This document shows, in pieces, positions 63,628 through 64,000 of a stretch of 64,000 bases of DNA. Within the stretch, counting starts at the first letter, position 1; each line of letters begins with the position of its first letter. The position numbers and the translations under genes are program-made. The DNA is from Malacoraja senta (taxonomy: Eukaryota). The stretch is taken from the NCBI GenBank assembly GCA_038087875.1, contig CM075977.1:152148001-152212000 (forward strand). The letters run 5' to 3'. The notes below the pieces were generated by a model. That model ran no database searches, was not told the origin of the DNA, and saw only the letters and a program-made list of their open reading frames with translations.

Positions 63628-64000
63628 ATGAGGGCCAGGGCAGTTTACTGTTCTGGATGTCAGATGTGGGAAGTCATGGAGTCTGATAGCCCTCCAGACG
63701 TCCACATCTGCGCCAGGTGTATCGAGATGGGGCTCCTAATGGACCGTATTAGGAACCTGGAGCAGCAGCTCGATGACCTCCGTCTGGTCAGGGAGAGCGA
63801 GGAAGTCATTGAGAGGAGTTACAGGGAGGTGGTCACTCCAAGACCACAGGAGGCAGGCAAGTGGATCACGGTTGGGAGAGGCAAGGGGCACAGGCAGGGA
63901 CTAGAGAGTACCCCGGTGGCTGTACACCTTGACAATAAGTACTCCTGTTTGAGCACTGTTGGGGGGGACAGCCTACCTGGGGGTAGCGACAGCGGCCGGG
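63628..64000 (+). mobile_element. CR1 LINE ORF1 N-terminus (zinc finger / leucine zipper), open to the window end
   Basis: MRARAVYCSGCQMWEV...ICARCIEMGLLMDRIRNLEQQLDDLR...; no stop in the visible frame. Confidence 0.85.

Overview
Vertebrate genomic DNA, most likely from a cartilaginous fish (skate/ray-like, judged from HE1/V-SINE-like, CR1 and Penelope-type repeats). The whole window lies inside a fibrillin gene on the + strand. There are 22 short exons with canonical AG/GT boundaries, all phase 1, with lengths divisible by 3 and no stops. They encode cbEGF, TB and hybrid domains, and recalled diagnostic residues favour the fibrillin-3 / teleost fbn2b clade over FBN2. The exons are out of order: equivalents of FBN1 exons 32-42 (375-33692) come first, then an exactly 200-N gap (35889-36088), then equivalents of exons 11-21 (36629-62225). 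This is most simply a scaffold mis-order; an in-frame internal or tandem duplication is the alternative. The introns hold many mobile elements: Penelope-like retroelement 3' ends carrying minimal hammerhead-ribozyme motifs (about a dozen copies, one still joined to a GIY-YIG endonuclease end), a decayed class I endogenous retrovirus (RNase H-IN-env-partial LTR), an IR/DR DD34E Tc1 in a four-level nest, nested hAT-like MITEs, Harbinger MITEs, a Helitron end, and a CR1 5' end with tandem 90/94-bp monomers. I found no convincing wholly new system. The best leads are the permuted fibrillin, the ribozyme-bearing short PLE derivatives and the ERV. Family assignments come from recalled motifs; no database search was run.
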